A stretch of 55,119 nt of DNA, counting the filler, from Diploschistes diacapsis (taxonomy: Eukaryota), in the NCBI GenBank assembly GCA_023645945.1. It is 5 parts of 5 records of this genome, joined end to end, with 100 filler letters (N's around TTAATTAATTAA, not from the genome) between each part and the next. Parts side by side here need not be neighbours in the genome. Positions count along the whole stretch, not along the records: positions 1 to 10,956 come from JALAIB010000870.1; 4 more parts are not named here. One strand, given 5' to 3'. The notes below the pieces were generated by a model that saw only the letters and a list, made by a program, of their open reading frames with translations, searched no databases and had not been told where the DNA came from. Positions within the stretch are counted from its first letter, which is position 1, and every line of letters starts with the position of its first letter. Below are positions 1 through 11,056 of this stretch, in pieces. Position numbers and translations under genes: made by a program.

Positions 1-99
1 CAGCCAGGGGCTCACGCTCTGGATGAAGGGCTCAGGGCTGCGCGCCAAAATGGCCTCCCAGTCCACCTGGTAGTTCTGCAACAGCAGGGCACAGGTTTC

Positions 100-212
100 G
101 CCGGGCACACACACAGACACACACACACGTGTGCACACACACACACGCTCACGTGCACACACACATGCACGGATGCATGCGCGCACACACACCTGCGCAC
201 ACGCAGTCTCTC
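100..212. repeat. Imperfect (CA)n/(CACG) microsatellite near contig start
   Basis: Runs of cacacaca/gcacac read directly; explains spurious ORF 12..200. Confidence 0.9.
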
Positions 213-619
213 TCATGGAAACCAGGAACCAAATTACAGGCTGGCAGCAAGCAAGGCTGATGTCACTTGTGGCAGACATGATGTAGCAGGCACGGCTCGA
301 CACTTTATTAGAGTCGGCAGCCACAGGCACGATTGGCCAACTAGGCCATGCAGCAGCAGCGAGGATGGGATGGATGGATGAATGGACGTCGGGGATGGGG
401 AGGAAAAGAGGCAGCATGATGAGAGGGGGGGGGACTTTTGATGGTATTTCTCGTCGAGCCAAGGTTGTGTGAAGAGTGGCTATCAGAGTTTCCCTACCGA
501 ACAAGACTCCGAAACTCGTGTGCATGCAATGATCCTTTGCAGCGCTTTTCGTATCACGGCCGCGGCCACGGCGGGGACAAGTCCCGCACCTGGCTTGTTG
601 CTTTCTCGCTTCGTTCTCC

Positions 620-2005
620 TCATTTCCCTCCCCTTCCACCCCTCCTTGCGCTCCTGCTCGCCTCCTTCTTCTTCTCCTTCGCCTTCTTCTCTCTCTTCGA
701 CTCCTCTTCGCCCTTTCCAGTAAACACCTTCTCTCCCGCATAGATCCCGCGCGTGGAGATGGGTCTTTTGTTGTAGTCGGCAGAGAAGTATCCTCCTCGG
801 TTTGCAACGTCGGTGGGGATTCCCTCGATCTCATTTATCAGGTCCCAACGTTCCAACCAGCCTTGCGGATGCTTCCTTATCCAAAGCTCCCGTGCCTGCC
901 CAAGTGCTTCATTCAGTTGCACGTCGTTTTGCTTGCCCGTGATCGTCTGCCACTCGAGCATACTGTGCAGACCTGGGATCTTCGCTGCTTCCTCCGCACA
1001 GAGTCTGCCTTCAAGGCTGTCGTCGCTGGGGTCACGGCGGAGGGAGAAGAGCGTGTCGGTTAGCTTGTCGATGTCTGTAATGAGTGCATCCACGGATTCC
1101 TGGTCGTAGATCACCCACTCGCCTTTCAGCATTCCGAGCCTTTCGTTTGTAATGGATTGCGATACTTCGTAGAGCACGCGACAGACGTCTCCCAGATTGG
1201 TCTCATTAAAATGCCCGCGCAGCCTGTCTTCCTCGTCCTTCATATCCGATCTGAGCTCCTCGTATATAGCTCTCCTCCTTCTCCCGCTAACCACCGGGCG
1301 CTTAGCCTTCGGTTTCCCTCCCGCTTTTCCCTTTCCTTCCTCACCCAACTCTTCTTCCTCTTCCTCTTCCTCCTCCTCCTCTTCCTTTTCTTCTTCCTCC
1401 TCCTCCTCCTCCTCTTCCTCTTCCTCTTCTTTCTCTTCTTCCTCTGCCTCTTCTTCATCTTCTTCTTTGTCCATTTCCACCCCTTCCATCCCGTCCTCTT
1501 CCTCGTCATCGTCCTCGTCCCCTAAGGCTCCTTTCTTTTCCTTAGCGGCCGCCTTTTTCTGTCTTATCTCTTCTTTCCTCGCTTCTTCCTTCATTTTTAT
1601 CCAACGAGCCACCTGCGCCGCCCATTTTTCATCTTCCGCCGGCTTCTGCTCCCTAGAGCGCTCTTCTGCCAGCCGGAGTACGTCACAGATTTTGCTAATA
1701 TACACCACTGCAAATCGAATATTGTCATCAAACCCTAAGGCTTCGACGAGGCGTGCGCGCATGGCGAGCGGAACGATCGGCCCTTCCAGCAGTCCTACGC
1801 ATGCACCCCAGCGTGACAGCCTTACGCGTAGGTGCTGGAGCCGTAGCGCAGTTATCTTGAATTCGCCACCAAAGTATTTGTGGAGACGGATGTGGTCGAT
1901 AATATCTATCGAACTTTTGAGGCCAAAATATGCAACCATAGCGAAGGCCGCCATCTCAGAGTCTGCATTTGCAGCACCGATGATGGCAAGATTCTGACTG
2001 GTCAT
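620..2005 (-). CDS. HET-s/HET-S-like HeLo-domain protein with large charged/poly-Glu insertion and degenerate C-terminal prion-like tail
   Basis: Intronless ORF, first ATG at 2005 (MTSQN). HeLo motifs: 'IRLHKYFGGEFKITALRLQHLRVRLSRWGACV' (cf. HET-S VQLGRHFGRDYERCQLRLDIAKVRLSRWGEAV), 'WVIYDQESVDALITDIDKLTDTL' (cf. WALYDGKSLEKIVDQVAGFVDEL) and 'RLCAEE...NDVQLNEA'. Confidence 0.8.
   Translation of the reverse strand: MTSQNLAIIGAANADSEMAAFAMVAYFGLKSSIDIIDHIRLHKYFGGEFKITALRLQHLRVRLSRWGACVGLLEGPIVPLAMRARLVEALGFDDNIRFAVVYISKICDVLRLAEERSREQKPAEDEKWAAQVARWIKMKEEARKEEIRQKKAAAKEKKGALGDEDDDEEEDGMEGVEMDKEEDEEEAEEEEKEEEEEEEEEEEEEEKEEEEEEEEEEEELGEEGKGKAGGKPKAKRPVVSGRRRRAIYEELRSDMKDEEDRLRGHFNETNLGDVCRVLYEVSQSITNERLGMLKGEWVIYDQESVDALITDIDKLTDTLFSLRRDPSDDSLEGRLCAEEAAKIPGLHSMLEWQTITGKQNDVQLNEALGQARELWIRKHPQGWLERWDLINEIEGIPTDVANRGGYFSADYNKRPISTRGIYAGEKVFTGKGEEESKREKKAKEKKKEASRSARRGGRGGK
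1350..1520 (-). repeat. (GAA/GAG)n coding triplet expansion encoding poly-Glu
   Basis: Plus strand tcttcc/tcctcc runs; in frame with the 620..2005 ORF. Confidence 0.9.
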
Positions 2006-2911
2006 GGTGTCGTTGGTTCTAACCGCCGACGTTCTTTCTGAGTGTCTAGCTGGTAGTAATACCCCTGTTAGACGACTCTGGAGATCCAATCTCCTTGGAT
2101 TCTGCTGTTTGTAGCTTAGAAATAGCGTTCTTCGAACAGTAATGACCTTCCAAAGCGGAAGCCAATTCTTGCTCGGATGATGCAGCGAAGAGTCGGGTAG
2201 ACTGAAGTGATAGGAGGTCGGTTTTTTATGTTGTTGATCAAAAAATGCTGGACAGATGAAAACTCAGCAGCGTAGGTCAAGTTTCATGTGTTGACAAGGG
2301 CTCTAGCAATAGCTCACGCCAGGCTTCTTTGTGCCTCCACCAAGTATGTGTACAGTGTCTTTAATGAAACAAACAATGACGCAGAATCGAAGGTTCAGAG
2401 CTGGTTTGGACGACACCATGGCCTTGCTGGTTGAAAGAGCATAGTGTCTGACAAGATAGATTGCGTTGTAAAACCCGGGATATGATAGTTCAAGAAGGAG
2501 GAATTTCTTGATTTTTTATTATCGAAGGCGTACTAATACCGGATCCTTCACTAAGTTGGGTGATAGGTGCCATTCAAAGTTACTGCCAGGACGCAGTGAC
2601 TGGGTCAATGGAGTGATTGGATGGATACTTTAGTAACTTAATACTCCTCTCGGTAGCGGTAGCGGAGGTTCTTCAAGCAGAAGCTACTTGCTGGCAACAC
2701 TGATTTAAGTAAGTAATTATCCATTATCTTGAAAGGAGGTTCTTAAGCCCACCTCGTGTCGCCTTAGAACCAAGCATATGCCTTGCTTAAGACATAAGAA
2801 GAGAGGAGTACATCTCGCTATTGCGAATTACAGCAGTGTCAAATGTACAACAAGCTCACAATACTTAGCCATCCTGAAACATGAAGTTCGTATGGACTGC
2901 AAATTCAAGCC

Positions 2912-4666
2912 TCAATCGTCTTCATCATCATCATCATCAGAAAGAGGATTTGGGGCCGTCAAAGTCTTCGACATGTACGGCCCATCTTGCCAGTAGCCCA
3001 GCCGGGCATAGTAGCTTCTTACACCCACTCCACTGATAACGCTTATTTTCTCACTACCGTGCTCGTCTCTGGCAATCCTCTCCGCCTTTTCCATGAGCAG
3101 TGTTCCATAACCTTGGTGCTGGAACTTGCGTGGGTCCCTCGCATGTACAGGTACTGCTGTACCGTAGACATGCAATTCTCGAACGATGCTCGTCTGCTGC
3201 CTAGTGAACTCCGGCCTGAAAGTGGTCTCCTTGCTGCACTTTCGGAGTCGCAGGAGAGCGATGAGGATGTCTTGCTTGGGGTCCTCGTAGGCTAGAAAGC
3301 TTTCCCAGCCGCCATTGGCCACGTAGTCTCTCCGAACAAATTCAACTTGCGAGGGGCGGATCTTATTCTTGACTTCATTCACACCAACCTCGCGCGTCCG
3401 CACATCGCGGCATGTCGTCCCGAAATCCTTCATCCTTGCGAGCGCTAGCTCTCGGAGGTTGCCATTTTCGACACCTGAAGTGACAAGTGGCATTGGGATA
3501 TCGCGCTGCACGCGGTATATCCTCGTCCACGGTGGAATCAAGGCAAGTATACGGGCGACAAGATCTACGAGAGCGTTGGGCGTGTAATTCTTGTACCGCC
3601 CTGTGCGCCAGAGCTCATAGAGCCCCGTGCCGCGGATAACAAGCGTTGGGTAGATTTTCAGGCCGTCGGTACGGAAAGCTGGATTCTCAAAGTACTCCCG
3701 GAATTGATCAAGGTCCCGTTCCATGCCAACATTGGGTAAGTCTGGCATCATGTGCGAGACAACTTTGAACCCTGCGTCCTTGGCAAGACAGAAAGTGTGG
3801 GCAACAGCGGCAACCGTATGGCCTCGATTGGTGTCCCTCGCGACATCTTCATACAGAGACTGCACCCCAATCTCAAGGCGTGTACAGCCATACCGAAGCA
3901 TGGATGACAGATGTGGTTGCAGGCAATAATCTGGCCGAGTCTCGATTGTGATGCCCACGCACTTGGTGTTGCTCATCTCGCCCGCTTCAACAGCCTCGTC
4001 AACCTTCTCTGTACTGTAACCGCTGAGCGCATTGTGAAGTTGAGCAATGAAGTTGTCCCTATAGTCCTCCGGTAACGACATGAATGTACCACCCATAATA
4101 ATGTACTCCACCTTATCCACGCTGTGGCCCAGAGACTTGATCTGCTCTACCCTTCCCCTGGCTTGCTCATACGGGTCATATCGTGCTCGTATCGCCCGCA
4201 TCGACGTCGGTTCATACCCGGTGTATGACTGTGTCGAGTACTCGAAATCGGAATCTGGACCCCCAGGGCAATAGACACATATATTGCCGGTGTATGCGAT
4301 ATGCGGACATCGATGCGGTTTGCACATGACAGCCACTACGGCGATCCCGGAAGACGTCCGGATAGGCTTAGCTATTAGCTTGGGCAAGATGTATTTCTTG
4401 TAGTGCTCTGGAACGGCAGCGATAATCGCTGTCAGCGGTGGCTGCGTGCTTAGCCTATGTTTCCTCGATACTTGTCCTCGCAGGCTGTTGAGATTGATGT
4501 CTTTTCTTGGCTTTGTAGGATCATGTTGCGCTTCGTAGTCTTGTATCAAGGCGTTGGCAACATCCTGGCAAGCTTGCATGAACCGCTCGTTTTCAGGCGG
4601 TAGCTTAACATTTTTGGGTAGCCGTAGCTTTGTGGCTACTGGACTTGCAAGAGTCTCAGTGGCCAT
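2912..4666 (-). CDS. ELP3: Elongator complex catalytic subunit Elp3 (radical SAM + GNAT acetyltransferase)
   Basis: [25 protein letters not shown]...[47 protein letters not shown]; intronless 584 aa. Confidence 0.98.
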   Translation of the reverse strand: MATETLASPVATKLRLPKNVKLPPENERFMQACQDVANALIQDYEAQHDPTKPRKDINLNSLRGQVSRKHRLSTQPPLTAIIAAVPEHYKKYILPKLIAKPIRTSSGIAVVAVMCKPHRCPHIAYTGNICVYCPGGPDSDFEYSTQSYTGYEPTSMRAIRARYDPYEQARGRVEQIKSLGHSVDKVEYIIMGGTFMSLPEDYRDNFIAQLHNALSGYSTEKVDEAVEAGEMSNTKCVGITIETRPDYCLQPHLSSMLRYGCTRLEIGVQSLYEDVARDTNRGHTVAAVAHTFCLAKDAGFKVVSHMMPDLPNVGMERDLDQFREYFENPAFRTDGLKIYPTLVIRGTGLYELWRTGRYKNYTPNALVDLVARILALIPPWTRIYRVQRDIPMPLVTSGVENGNLRELALARMKDFGTTCRDVRTREVGVNEVKNKIRPSQVEFVRRDYVANGGWESFLAYEDPKQDILIALLRLRKCSKETTFRPEFTRQQTSIVRELHVYGTAVPVHARDPRKFQHQGYGTLLMEKAERIARDEHGSEKISVISGVGVRSYYARLGYWQDGPYMSKTLTAPNPLSDDDDDEDD

Positions 4667-5064
4667 CTTCGCAAGCGCTCTGGCGATAAGTGCACAAGCA
4701 AACGTGTAATGACTGACAACACCTCCGAAAGGCCTTCAACTGTCTAAGTGGTAAGTACTGAGAATAAACACAGTCAAATTATGTTTCTGCGGTCAGTTAG
4801 TGGGGTTAGTAGTCATGGAATTCCTCCCGTCCCCTCATATTGTCGGCCTGACATCCTGTATCGGGCCGATATCTCGATATCTCGGTCCGGTCGGTTAAGG
4901 GGCTGTATAACTTACCGAATATGGACTAGCACGGCCTTTAGCCTGGCCCTGCGGTTGAACTGCATGGCGGAGCTTGTTCACACCCAGACACCTCTCCAAT
5001 GCCAGTCACCACCTCACTTTCGCGCACACCTACTTTCCGCCCTTAGAGAACAACTGTGTTCACC

Positions 5065-6345
5065 ATGCAGTCATTACGGAGCAGCGCAAACGCTGTTCTG
5101 AAGTACTCCAGCAGAAGAGCATACGCCACTGCCTCGTCGCCGTACGCCGCAACAGCCAACAACCTCCGAATAAACAACGACACTAAGGTGATATACCAAG
5201 GTTTCACCGGCAAGCAGGGAACGTAAGTAGGCCACAAAACAAACCACATCTTACTAAAGCTTCTTTTCATAGTTTCCATGCCCAGCAAGCTATTGATTAC
5301 GGTAGCATTCACATTCTAATGGGAGAAAAGCTGCAGTTACTGATAACGCTCAAGGGACAAATGTTGTTGGAGGCACGAATCCCAAGAAGGCTGGTGAAAC
5401 ACACCTGGGCAAGCCTGTCTTTGCGAATGTCCGCGATGCTGTGAAGGAGACGGGTGCTACAGCTTCCGCGATCTTTGTACCGTACGTCTACTTGATGATC
5501 AGGAACGCAACTTGAGCTAACGCGAACACAGGCCACCACTAGCAGCAAAAGGCATCGAGGAGGCAATAGAAGCAGAGATCCCTCTCGTAGTCTGGTAAGT
5601 AGGGCCGCATACGTGCTTGAACCGACTTGCTAACTCGACCAGTATTACAGAAGGCATTCCACAGCACGGTAATTATTGCTACAAGATGTTTCCCACATAC
5701 TCTAACTTGTGTAGATATGGTGCGAATTACAGATATACTAAAGTCGCAATCGAAAACGCGACTGGTCGGACCCAACTGCCCCGGTATCATTGCTCCTGGC
5801 CAATGTAAGATTGGGATCATGCCAGGCTTCATACACAAGAGAGGCAGGGTCGGCATCGTCTCACGATCGGGAACACTCACATACGAGGCTGTCAACCAGA
5901 CGACTCAAGCTGGTCTAGGACAATCGCTGGTCGTCGGAATTGGTGGTGACCCTTTCTCTGGGACAAACTTCATCGACTGCCTAAAGGTCTTCCTTGAGGA
6001 CGATGAAACTGACGGTATTATTATGATTGGAGAAATCGGGGGAGCAGCTGAAGAGGATGCGGCAGACTTCTTGAAGACTAACAACGTCAAGAACAAGCCT
6101 GCTGTGAGCTTCATTGCAGGTATATCAGCCCCAGCAGGGCGAAGAATGGGTCACGCTGGTAAGTGCGTTTCTTTCATCAACTGGTTTGCGGCTAACGTGG
6201 GCAAGGTGCCATTGTCAGTGGCGGCAAAGGAGGCGCCGACTCGAAGATTTCAGCTTTGGAAGCTGCTGGAGTTGTAGTAGAGCGGAGTCCTGCAGCGTTA
6301 GGGAAGACTCTGCACGCAGAGTTTGTGAAGCGAGATTTGATTTGA
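5065..6345 (+). CDS. LSC1: Succinyl-CoA ligase alpha subunit, mitochondrial (6 introns)
   Basis: ATG 5065, targeting-like N-terminus, [37 protein letters not shown], phospho-His motif RRMGHAGAI across an intron; ends EFVKRDLI*. Confidence 0.96.
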
Positions 6346-6670
6346 TTGGTTGAATTGCGAAGCGTCTCTGATTTATCTGTACATTTTCATCATAGCTTAA
6401 GCAGGGCGATGTGTTTACCTATCGAATTTCACCCAAGTACAATCACGCAACCAGCCAATCTTACTTGAGGTCTCTTGTTTGAAGTGCTAATTAGTACTTG
6501 GCTGTCTGCGAAAACTCTTGGTGTTTTACAGTACATGTCACGTGTCCTGTAAGTAGCAATCCAAAGAAGCAGCAACTTGTGGGGAGCACCCGGAATTTGT
6601 AGATTTGAACGACGTTGCAGCCTTAAAGAACAATTAGAAGTGCCTTTCGTGGCCACAGATAAAAGTCAGG

Positions 6671-8101
6671 ATGCTTTCTGGTATCTTGATATTCAATCAA
6701 AAAGGCGAAAACCTAATCTTCCGTGCCTATAGAAATGACTGTAGGCCGCGCCTCGCGGACGTATTCCGGATCCAAGTCATCTCGAACCCTCAGGTGCGAT
6801 CCCCGATCTTGACCTTGGGCTCGACGACGTTCAGCCATGTCAAGCATGAGAACATTTACTTGGTGGCAATTACCAAGGGGAATGCCAATGCTGCCCTCGT
6901 CTTCGAGTTCCTGTATCGGCTGATCGGGCTGGGCAAGGGATACTTTGCGAAATTCGATGAAGAGGCCGTGAAGAACAATTTCGTGCTTATCTACGAACTT
7001 CTAGATGGTATGCCTCGTATTTGAGGATTCCCGTCTATCGGCAAATGGTAGAGTTATACTGACGACAATACTAGAGGTGCTCGACTTCGGTTACCCGCAA
7101 AATACAGAAACCGATACGCTCAAGCTGTACATCACAACTGAAGGGGTGAAGTCTGAGCGGTCAATGGAAGATTCTGCCAAAATAACGATGCAAGCTACCG
7201 GTGCTATATCGTGGCGGAGATCGGACATTAAATACCGAAAGAACGAGGCATTTGTCGATGTGATTGAAGAGGTCAATCTCTTAATGTCGGCTTCTGGAAG
7301 TGTGCTGCGGGCCGATGTCAACGGTCAGATTATCATGCGAGCCTACCTCTCTGGAACGCCCGAGTGCAAGTTTGGTCTTAATGATCGCCTACTCCTCGAT
7401 GGTGATAGTCTTTCGGGTCCAGTTGGGAACATTGCTGGCACCAAGGCAACAAAGGCCGCCGCTGGTAGTGTAACGCTGGAGGATTGTCAATTTCATCAGA
7501 GTGTGAAGCTTGGCCGCTTCGAAGCTGATCGCACCATTTCTTTCATTCCTCCTGATGGGGAGTTCGAGTTGATGAGGTACCGCGCCACTGAGAACGTGAA
7601 CCTCCCGTTCAAAGTTCATGCCATAGTTAGCGAGATTGGAAAGACGAAAGTCGAGTACAGTATTGCGGTGAAGGCTAACTACGGAAGCAAATTGTTTGCA
7701 ACAAACGTAGTTCTTCGGATCCCTACTCCTCTGAACACTGCAAAACTGTCAGAAAGGACCACCCAAGGTCGTGCTAAGTACGAGCCGGAGCAGAATAACA
7801 TTGTGTGGAAGATCAATCGCTTCAGTGGTCAAAGTGAATATGTTCTGTCGGCTGAGGCTTCACTAACTTCGATGACCAATCAAAAAGCTTGGAGTCGACC
7901 CCCATTAAGTGTTTCCTTTTCACTCTTGATGTTCACAGCATCCGGACTGTTGGTTAGATATCTCAAAGTGTTCGAAAAAAACAACTACAGCAGCGTGAAG
8001 TGGGTTCGCTATATGTCAAAGGTAAATTCTCTCATTTAGTGGAAAATGGAAACTCTGTTCCTGACCAAGTACAGGGCGGCTCTTATGAGATAAGGTTCTA
8101 G
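6671..8101 (+). CDS. APM4: AP-2 adaptor complex mu subunit (2 introns)
   Basis: MLSGILIFNQKGENLIFR, DFGYPQNTE, SWRRSDIKYRKNEAFVDVIE, SFIPPDGEFELMRY; last exon GGSYEIRF* after intron starting 8022. Confidence 0.95.
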
Positions 8102-8699
8102 TTCCCGGACTGCCTTAACTGGCGAACGGCATTTTTGGCAACTTTAATATTACGTGATGCCATAAATTGCGGGAGTGCTCTTCAGAGACCCAGCGCAGGA
8201 GATTGATTCCGCTGGGCGTGTCTGTCTTATGTGCGGATCCCGTGCTCGTTCAAGCCCCATCTTTGTTCGGGCTTGCTGCAAGCTGATACCTTTGGCTGTT
8301 GTGTCGGTTCATCACGCCGGCTTCCTTATATCAAGCTGGCAAGAAATCTATTGTTCGTGAACTTCGACTTCTGGGAGTCTACTACGTTGCCTTGAGTACT
8401 TTTTCTCGGGCACGTTCGCCTTACTTCCTAGTGACCGAGATCATCACCTTTCCGCCTCCAGTAGGGGAAGAAGCCGACGGCTTCCCAAAGCATCTATAGT
8501 GGTCTTCCAGTTCTCGGGGTCGATTCTGGACTTCGCGTTTCCGCGCATCAGGTACGGAATACTTGCCAGCAAATACCTTCCACGATCGAAGTGAAATTCT
8601 TCGGTCGTACACTGGTCAAATATCCTTAATCTTTGGCTTTCATATTGTTCTCCCTTCAACAGTTCTCAATATAAATACTCATAAGTCACAAAGGTGACA

Positions 8700-9976
8700 A
8701 TGTCTTCCGCACCGAGCGGGGAGCAAGGTTCATGGGACGCTTCATGTTTCCCAGACTATGCAGGTGGCAATGTCTGCATCGTGCTTGTGGAAAACCCTTT
8801 TACAGAAATTCACTTACACAGGACAACCTTAGCAAGACATTCCAAGTGGTTTGAAGTTCAATTTCAGTCTATTGACAAAGTGAGGCAGCTAAACAATGTG
8901 AAAAAGTCTGGATATCAGTTCAAGCTCGTTGTCAATCCCAAACATGCGTTTCTTAGTCTTCTCCTTGTTACCAACGTAAACGGTCTCCGTCCGATCTTTG
9001 TTTCATACTAGCTAACTGCAATCAGGAAGACCAATCGTCAGGTGCCAGGATCCCCCCAAATACCGCAGCTGGTGTCGATGAACCCCACATTAAAGCCGAG
9101 GACGAAGACACGAAGCTGGACGCTGCGAAAATTGAAGAGATAAACTCTCGAAAACAACTGCTTATTTGGACTGGGTATAGTAACTTCTTCAATGCAGTCT
9201 ACTTGATCCCTCCGAAGCTCGGCTGTTCGGACCTGCCCCCAATTCTGGACCAGTGTGAAGCACTGGTTGAGGTTGCAGCCTACCTTGAGGGCCTTCCTGC
9301 CGTTAGAATGTACATTTCTAACAGCCTCACCGAGCTTCGGCATAGGCTTTATACGGCCATAGCTCAAGATCCTGTACGCTGGTTAAACCTAGCTGTGCGT
9401 CTCAATTCCAAGGTGATATTTAGCGAAGCCTTGATCCACTGCGTTGGCGGCTTTCCTGGTATGGCGTGGCCGACACCTAGCACCAAGATCCTTCAAGAAG
9501 CCCAGCAAGTCACCTTCGAGAAAGCGATGGCCCTGGATTCTTGGGCCAAGAGAGTGGACATGCACCTTCTTGAGAATACTTTGCGCGACAAAACTTCCGG
9601 AAAAGCTGTCTCGCCCGAATACGGGCGCGGTTCATGGGTGGTAGTGTCTATATTTCGTGACTGGTTACTTGAGCAGAAACGCAAGCTCCACAAACGCCGG
9701 TACCAGTGCCAGTTCGCCACAGTTTATCGTCAGATCTATAAGGGGGGGGAGGCTTACCTGAAACTCGAAGATGTCGATATGCTCGTCAACGAGGTCCTAG
9801 GACCGAGTTACAATTTCTATGCGGAGGACAGCCTCGACAAGCTAAAGAACTCGGCCAAGGAGGCTGTGGCACCCGTTATCAAAAACAACTTGATGATCGA
9901 TCCGGAAATCGCAGAGATACCGTATCTCACTTGCGTTGAGGTGGAGGAACAGGACTATCCTTGGGAGCGAGATTAG
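8700..9976 (+). CDS. Fungal BTB/POZ-like domain protein (1 intron, about 8976-9025)
   Basis: 'GNVCIVL...IHLHRTTLARHSKWFE' resembles a BTB start; GTAAAC...CTAAC...CAG intron joins it to a helical region 'DPVRWLNLAVRLNSKVIFSEALIHCVG' and C-terminal 'YLTCVEVEEQDYPWE'. Confidence 0.7.
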
Positions 9977-10419
9977 AATGAAGTGAAGTGATAATGCTCT
10001 CGAGAAGGATGAAGCTACTAGGCGGCGAATTCAGAGTTAAGGTGGGTTAAACATGTTACAAAGATGAATTCCGATACACAGTATTAGAAGTAGCTGCTGA
10101 GCCGTGAAAAACCAAAAGCGGGGCTAAAGACACAATACCAAAGATCCTCCATGGAGGCTCCATGAAATATACGGTTCAATACACCCAAATCTAGGTTAAT
10201 AAGCCCATATTTAAGCGCCTATAAGCATGGGTCCACCGAAACCTATCCCTTAAGCCTTAACAATAGAAACGAAGATGGAGACAAAATCCTCCTCCAACGC
10301 CCGCTCTCCCGCCTGCAGCATCCCAAGTCGCCCAGTGGTCCAGTAGCCCGAAAACCCTCCCTCCTCAGGCATCCTTCCTCCTGTTCTTCTTCATTTTCCT
10401 CCTCATCCCTCAACCCATA

Positions 10420-10754
10420 TTAATTTAGCGATATCTCCCCTCCCCTCCTCTGCCGCACGTGCAACAGGGCCTGAAGTCCACAGAAAACGAGGAACGCAGC
10501 GTAGACGATGACGGCGGTAAATATGGTGCCGGCGATGGCACCGGCCTGGTCCGGATCGGGGTCGTCCTCGGTGCCAACGACGCTGTGGTGGCCGCGCTGG
10601 AAGAGGGCGCCGATTGTGGAGAGGATGAGGATAGCGAATACGGAGACTACGATGCTGTGGGGGCTTAAGTCAACAGAGGATTGAGGATGGGGCGGAACAG
10701 CGCGTACCATGTCCAGGCGTTGAAGGCGGAGACGATGGGGTGGGTGAGCTTCAT
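10420..10754 (-). CDS. VMA17: V-ATPase V0 subunit f (YPR170W-B / RNaseK family), two TM helices; intron 10655-10707
   Basis: Spliced product MKLTHPIVSAFNAWTCIVVSVFAILILSTIGALFQRGHHSVVGTEDDP...AVIVYAAFLVFCGLQ matches recalled yeast MRPVVSTGKAWCCTVLSAFGVVILSVIAHLFNTNHESFVGSINDP...FFVFCGFQ. Confidence 0.88.
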
Positions 10755-10956
10755 CGCTTCGGTTGTGCGGGTGAGAGAGAGCGCGCAAGTGGGTGGAAGT
10801 GATGGGCAGGCGTAGATTGAGATTATGCGGAAGGCTGTCTGTTCTCTGCTTCGTCGATGATCGGGGACTGGTTACGAGCCGGGCAAGGCAGGCCGACTAA
10901 GAGGGTGCGTGCCTTAAGGTTGGAAGGAGGGACACGACGTTGAGGTTGATGAGGGG

Positions 10957-11056
10957 NNNNNNNNNNNNNNNNNNNNNNNNNNNNNNNNNNNNNNNNNNNN
11001 TTAATTAATTAANNNNNNNNNNNNNNNNNNNNNNNNNNNNNNNNNNNNNNNNNNNN
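10957..11056. other. Artificial contig linker N44-TTAATTAATTAA-N44
   Basis: Stop-in-all-frames 12-mer flanked by Ns. Confidence 0.99.

Noticed and set aside
1157..1997. Poly-Ser, poly-Leu/Phe and poly-Arg/Lys ORFs overlapping the HeLo gene
   Set aside because: Shadow frames of the GAA/GAG repeat
11001..11012. TTAATTAATTAA repeated four times as a biological repeat or transposon target site
   Set aside because: Always centred in N runs of fixed length; synthetic all-frame stop linker
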